17,689 bases of DNA from an uncultured Nitrososphaerota archaeon. Its GTDB lineage: Archaea; Korarchaeota; Korarchaeia; Korarchaeales; Korarchaeaceae. The notes under the pieces are model-generated. The model was not told the origin of the DNA, made no database searches, and was given only the letters and a program-made list of their open reading frames with translations. Positions 14,250 through 17,689 of the stretch are shown here, piece by piece; position 1 is the stretch's first letter; the number at the start of each line of letters is the position of its first letter. A program made the translations under genes and the position numbers. The stretch lies in NCBI GenBank assembly GCA_964480775.1, contig CAYZRF010000030.1, positions 1-17,689 of the forward strand, read 5' to 3'.

Positions 14250-15110
14250 ATGAAACTTCTGTTTTATCCCGGTTGTTCTCTTAAGAATAACTATCCTGAG
14301 TTCGAAAAGACCTCCATAGAGGTCTGTAAAAAACTTGGAATTGATCTGATAGAGATTCCTAAATGGACATGTTGTGGAGTTAACTTCAGCCTTGCTACTG
14401 ATAACGTAATGCGACACTTAGGAGCAGTGCGGTCCTTCATTAATGCTCAAAAGAAAATAGAGGAGATGGACTCCAATAAGGTGGTTACAGCCTGCTCAAT
14501 GTGCTATAACGTATTGAAAAGGGTTAATCTAACGCTAAAAGAGGATTCAGACAAGTTGGGGACCATAAACTCTTTCATTGACGATGAGCCAGATTACGTA
14601 CCAGAACTGGAGATAACCCATCTTATCACCCTATTCAAAGAGTTTGGGTTTGAAAAGATCAAGAGTAAAGTCATCAAACCTTTGAATGGGTTAAAAGTCG
14701 CATCTTACTATGGATGCGCCATTCTTAGGCCCAATAAACCAAAGGGAATTCCAATTGATAATCCAGATAGTCCAACGATATTTGAAGATCTTATTAGAAG
14801 TATAGGAGCTGAGCCTGTAGACTTTCCCTTCAAAACAGAATGTTGTGGGAATTATCATATTGTGTTTAGACCCGACATCGTGGAAATGAGAGCCGAGAAA
14901 ATTATCAGCTCTGCTAAGTCTAGGGGGGCAGATGTTATTGTCTCTACTTGTCCTCTCTGCTTGTACAACCTTCAAAGGGGAAATGAAGTCTTCGAAGAGG
15001 AAAATAAAATTCCAATTGTCTTCTTCACTCAATTAATGGCCTTGGCTCTGGGAACCGATCCGCATTTAAGTGATGAAATCAGAGAGAAAATCTTGAAGAA
15101 TGTAGAATAG
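14250..15110 (+). CDS. hdrB: heterodisulfide reductase subunit B (two CCG domains, catalytic disulfide-reducing subunit)
   Basis: Two complete C..CC..CxxC CCG modules: YPGC...WTCCG...TACSMC and YYGC...TECCG...STCPLC. I prefer ATG 14250 (MKLLFYPGC), with GGTGAT 4 nt upstream, over the track start GTG 14238. Confidence 0.9.
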   Translation: MKLLFYPGCSLKNNYPEFEKTSIEVCKKLGIDLIEIPKWTCCGVNFSLATDNVMRHLGAVRSFINAQKKIEEMDSNKVVTACSMCYNVLKRVNLTLKEDSDKLGTINSFIDDEPDYVPELEITHLITLFKEFGFEKIKSKVIKPLNGLKVASYYGCAILRPNKPKGIPIDNPDSPTIFEDLIRSIGAEPVDFPFKTECCGNYHIVFRPDIVEMRAEKIISSAKSRGADVIVSTCPLCLYNLQRGNEVFEEENKIPIVFFTQLMALALGTDPHLSDEIREKILKNVE

Positions 15111-15253
15111 AAGTAGAAGGAAGTTCTCCATAAGGGAATATTCCGCTCTCCAAGCTCAAGAGATCGAAGATGCAAAGGTAAATGAGCAATGATATCGCTT
15201 GAGCTACACTATCAAAGCTACATAAACAAGGGAACTTTTAGTTAGAAGAAACA

Positions 15254-16084
15254 TCACAAGCTGACAAGTCCAAAAGTTATGACCTCTATCCCTTTCTTTT
15301 TGAGTTCTCTTATGAAAGGATTTATTCCAACACAGTCAGATGCGATATGACCGGTCACTAACAGGTTTCCATCTAATTCTAAGCTCGCTAAGATTTCCAA
15401 ATCCCTTGGTTCTATGTGAATATATATCAGAGTATTAACCCCATACTCGAAATATGCTCTAGCAACGTCACTGCCACCATTTGTAAGAGCTCCGTGTGCT
15501 ACAACTGCCTTACCAATTCTGTTATCCTCGTCTCCTAGAACAAGCATTATAGGAGTTTTCGCTAAACTAAATTCTCTTAGACCCATGAATGCTGACATAA
15601 GATCTCTTACTTTAGCGTCACTACCAACCTTATCAACTACTTCCTGCATAATCCTTCTTCCTATTTCGTCCAATGGGTTGTGAATGTTCATATAACCTAA
15701 GTCCAAAGCTCTAGCGACACTAGGGGCCAAGTCATAATTTCTTTGATGTGACTTTACCATTAGAGCCCTCATCTTTCTTTCAACAGCTTCTTCGGCAACA
15801 TCTCTAGGCACCCCGTTCTTGATCATCAGATCAACATGCTTTCTAAACACCTTGAAGCCTTCGATGGCCGCCATTCCCCCTTCCGGATGATGTGCTATTG
15901 CCGCATCACACCCAAGCATTTTCGCTAATAATAAACCTGGGACTCCAACATCTATAGCAAAAAGTACTTTGTTAACATCATTTTTTGAGTTATATATCTC
16001 GCTATCTGCAGGAATTGAATCGAATCCAGCCATTTTTAAGGCTAAACCCATTATCTCCTCGGTACTCATCCCCATGCTAATCAA
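15254..16084 (-). CDS. NIF3-like (YbgI / dinuclear metal-centre family) protein, putative
   Basis: The family-like block order is VLFAIDV..., then AIAHHPEG, NIHNPLDE and TGHIASD, which parallels the NIF3 HHP / HTNxD / GHxxSE metal-binding blocks. The assignment is tentative. The start could be TTG 16084, ATG 16075 or ATG 16069. Confidence 0.5.
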   Translation of the reverse strand: MISMGMSTEEIMGLALKMAGFDSIPADSEIYNSKNDVNKVLFAIDVGVPGLLLAKMLGCDAAIAHHPEGGMAAIEGFKVFRKHVDLMIKNGVPRDVAEEAVERKMRALMVKSHQRNYDLAPSVARALDLGYMNIHNPLDEIGRRIMQEVVDKVGSDAKVRDLMSAFMGLREFSLAKTPIMLVLGDEDNRIGKAVVAHGALTNGGSDVARAYFEYGVNTLIYIHIEPRDLEILASLELDGNLLVTGHIASDCVGINPFIRELKKKGIEVITFGLVSL

Positions 16085-16106
16085 AGTCTAACATAGCAAC
16101 CTATCC

Positions 16107-16114
16107 TTAATTAA
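16107..16114 (-). promoter_or_regulatory. TATA-like TTAATTAA upstream of the NIF3-like gene
   Basis: Palindromic A/T box about 25-35 nt upstream of the candidate starts 16084/16075, in the 55-nt spacer after the adenine deaminase stop. Confidence 0.3.
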
Positions 16115-16139
16115 CGCACAGGTCATTCAAGCAAATTGC

Positions 16140-17689
16140 TTACCAAACTGGAGGTATTCTCTTCCCTGTCTGAAGATCGATTAAACCTTTAGCCGTTAGC
16201 ATTATTTTTCTTGGATAGCAAGTCAGAAACATGAAGGTTTGAGTATCTATTGGATGCGGATCTAAGGAAGGATCGGGTTTAAGCGTTTTAGCCTTTTCAT
16301 TGATGTCCTCCAGTTCCTTTACTACTTCTTCCAATGGTCTGTCTGTCATAAGACCCCCAATCGGGAGGGAGATCTCTGCGAGGACTTTGTTCCCCTTTAC
16401 CACGACAATTCCGCCCTTAAGATCGAAAACTCTGTTGACTGCTAGCGTCATCTCCTCATCTGTAGCCCCTATTACTGATATATTGTGAGAATCATGTAGT
16501 ATGCTCATAGCCACGGCTCCTTCCTTATATCCTACCTTCCAGAAGGAGATTCCTATGCTTCTACCGAACCTGTCAACGATGGCAACCTTGTTTATACCCC
16601 TTCCGAGATCTCTTTGAACAACTCCGTTTCTAACCTCAAGCTCCTCTGTTAGCTCATCTAAATCCGCTCCGAAGTATCTGGGCCTCAGAACAACTGCTCT
16701 CACAACTTTCTTATCAGGAGATACCCTTATCTCAAAGTTCTCTGGCTTTAAAGCTCTTGGGAGGCGTAGGCTTTTCCTAACGTAATCTGGAGCTGGTTTC
16801 ACCGGTATATCAACGATAAGCCTTCCTCTCTCAGCCACCATCTGACCGTTTGCCATAACCTCGATTATCTCGACTCTCTCCAAGTCGGAGATAAAGAGAA
16901 TGTCCGCATAACGACCTGGTGCTATTAGCCCGACTTCGCCTTCTAACCTCCAATGCCTAGCGTTGTTTATAGTTGCAAGTTGATAAGCTATCAAAGGGTC
17001 GAGCCCTGCCTTTATGGCCTCTCTCACCTCGTGATCGATGTGCCCAATTTTCGCTAGAAGTTCTGCAGGACGGTCGTCAACGCAAATTCCAACCATCTGC
17101 CAGTCTATGCCAGCCTCTACAAGGCCTGATATTGCTTCCTTACAGGCACTAGCCTTAAGTTCAAGAAAAGCCCCTCTCTGAAGGAGTTCTAAGGCTTGAT
17201 GAACGTTTCCATAGAAATGAGTTGAGGAAACTCCGGAACAAAGCCAAGCATCAGCCTCTGGTGGAAGGGGAACTCCATGGCCCTCTACTACCTTTCCAGC
17301 ATTCAGGCCCGCCTGAATGACCTCCCATAACCTCTCTCCCCTGTTGAATAGCTGGACGTAGTCCATGACCTCCCCTATGCCTACTACTCTATCCAGTTTT
17401 AGTGCCTCCTCGGCCTCTTTTCCACCTATGTAGCCTCCTGTTTCCTCATATGGCGTTGGAGGGGTTGCTGAAGATAGAGAGACATATACCTTCTGGAATA
17501 GACCTTCTGTTTCCTCAAGGAGATATGAGATCCCTTTCAAGCCTAGAGCATTGCATATCTCGTGGGAGTCCTCAATTATTGTAGTTGTTCCCCTTGGAAG
17601 CGTTATCTGAGCGTGTCTTCTAGGGCTAAGCCTCGAACTCTCTATATGATAATGGGAGTCAACAAACCCTGGCATAAGATACGACCCTT
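16140..17689 (-). CDS. ade: adenine deaminase (amidohydrolase superfamily); N-terminus runs off the right window edge
   Basis: The reading frame stays open to the edge (KGRILMPGFVDSHYHIESS...). The HxH metal motif is followed by LPRGTTTIIEDSHEICN, which matches the adenine deaminase PHGTTTVIxDPHEIANV block. The C-terminal domain ends in FLTCYP...LTAKGLIDL, typical of the adenine deaminase C-domain. Confidence 0.85.
   Translation of the reverse strand, partial: GSYLMPGFVDSHYHIESSRLSPRRHAQITLPRGTTTIIEDSHEICNALGLKGISYLLEETEGLFQKVYVSLSSATPPTPYEETGGYIGGKEAEEALKLDRVVGIGEVMDYVQLFNRGERLWEVIQAGLNAGKVVEGHGVPLPPEADAWLCSGVSSTHFYGNVHQALELLQRGAFLELKASACKEAISGLVEAGIDWQMVGICVDDRPAELLAKIGHIDHEVREAIKAGLDPLIAYQLATINNARHWRLEGEVGLIAPGRYADILFISDLERVEIIEVMANGQMVAERGRLIVDIPVKPAPDYVRKSLRLPRALKPENFEIRVSPDKKVVRAVVLRPRYFGADLDELTEELEVRNGVVQRDLGRGINKVAIVDRFGRSIGISFWKVGYKEGAVAMSILHDSHNISVIGATDEEMTLAVNRVFDLKGGIVVVKGNKVLAEISLPIGGLMTDRPLEEVVKELEDINEKAKTLKPDPSLDPHPIDTQTFMFLTCYPRKIMLTAKGLIDLQTGKRIPPVW

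Noticed and set aside
11233-14417. Antisense or alternate-frame ORFs inside mvhG, mvhA, the protease gene and hdrC/B (11233..11469, 11796..12014, 11938..12165, 12041..12331, 12138..12371, 13325..13570, 13916..14107, 14226..14417, 14691..15032)
   Set aside because: Same reasoning. They overlap confident genes and show no recognisable motifs.
15181-15265. Possible C/D-box sRNA (AATGAGCAATGATAT ... CTGA) in the convergent spacer
   Set aside because: The C-box candidates deviate from RUGAUGA. The only CUGA lies about 70 nt away inside the NIF3-like CDS, and there is no terminal stem or C'/D' pair. No TGATGA occurs in the 4450-4691 or 5370-5646 spacers either.
1-17689. Mobile elements, CRISPR arrays, tRNA/rRNA genes and defence-system hallmarks
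   Set aside because: I saw no direct-repeat arrays, no transposase/integrase/nuclease-like ORFs and no cloverleaf-capable segments in the short spacers. The window reads as core energy and catabolic metabolism.

Overview
The window looks archaeal. Arg codons are mostly AGA/AGG, Ile is often ATA, proteins are rich in Glu/Lys/Ile, ribosome-binding sites are of the GGAGGTGA type, and A/T boxes sit about 25-30 nt before several starts. I saw no rRNA, tRNA, CRISPR array, transposase or integrase. Left part: a Dpp/Opp-type ABC permease that runs off the left edge (minus strand, absent from the ORF track), a small membrane protein, a cytosolic M14-like metallocarboxypeptidase, an ADP-forming acyl-CoA synthetase alpha subunit, a coiled-coil protein with four SHOCT-like repeats, and a PAP2 phosphatase. 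Centre (5671-15110, + strand): 11 genes over 9.4 kb with overlapping or <=17-nt junctions, in the order korD-korA-korB-korG (four-subunit 2-oxoacid:ferredoxin oxidoreductase), hdrA, mvhD, mvhG, mvhA ([NiFe] hydrogenase of the F420-non-reducing type), hydrogenase maturation endopeptidase, hdrC, hdrB. Right part: a NIF3-like protein and an adenine deaminase that runs off the right edge (both minus strand). The main finding is that a 2-oxoacid:ferredoxin oxidoreductase is linked, apparently transcriptionally and translationally, to a complete Mvh-Hdr electron-bifurcation module. There is no mvhB polyferredoxin and no methanogenesis gene in view. This suggests a dedicated H2 / disulfide / 2-oxoacid redox machine that, to my knowledge, has not been characterised. 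Product calls rest on motifs I read in the translations. No database search was possible.
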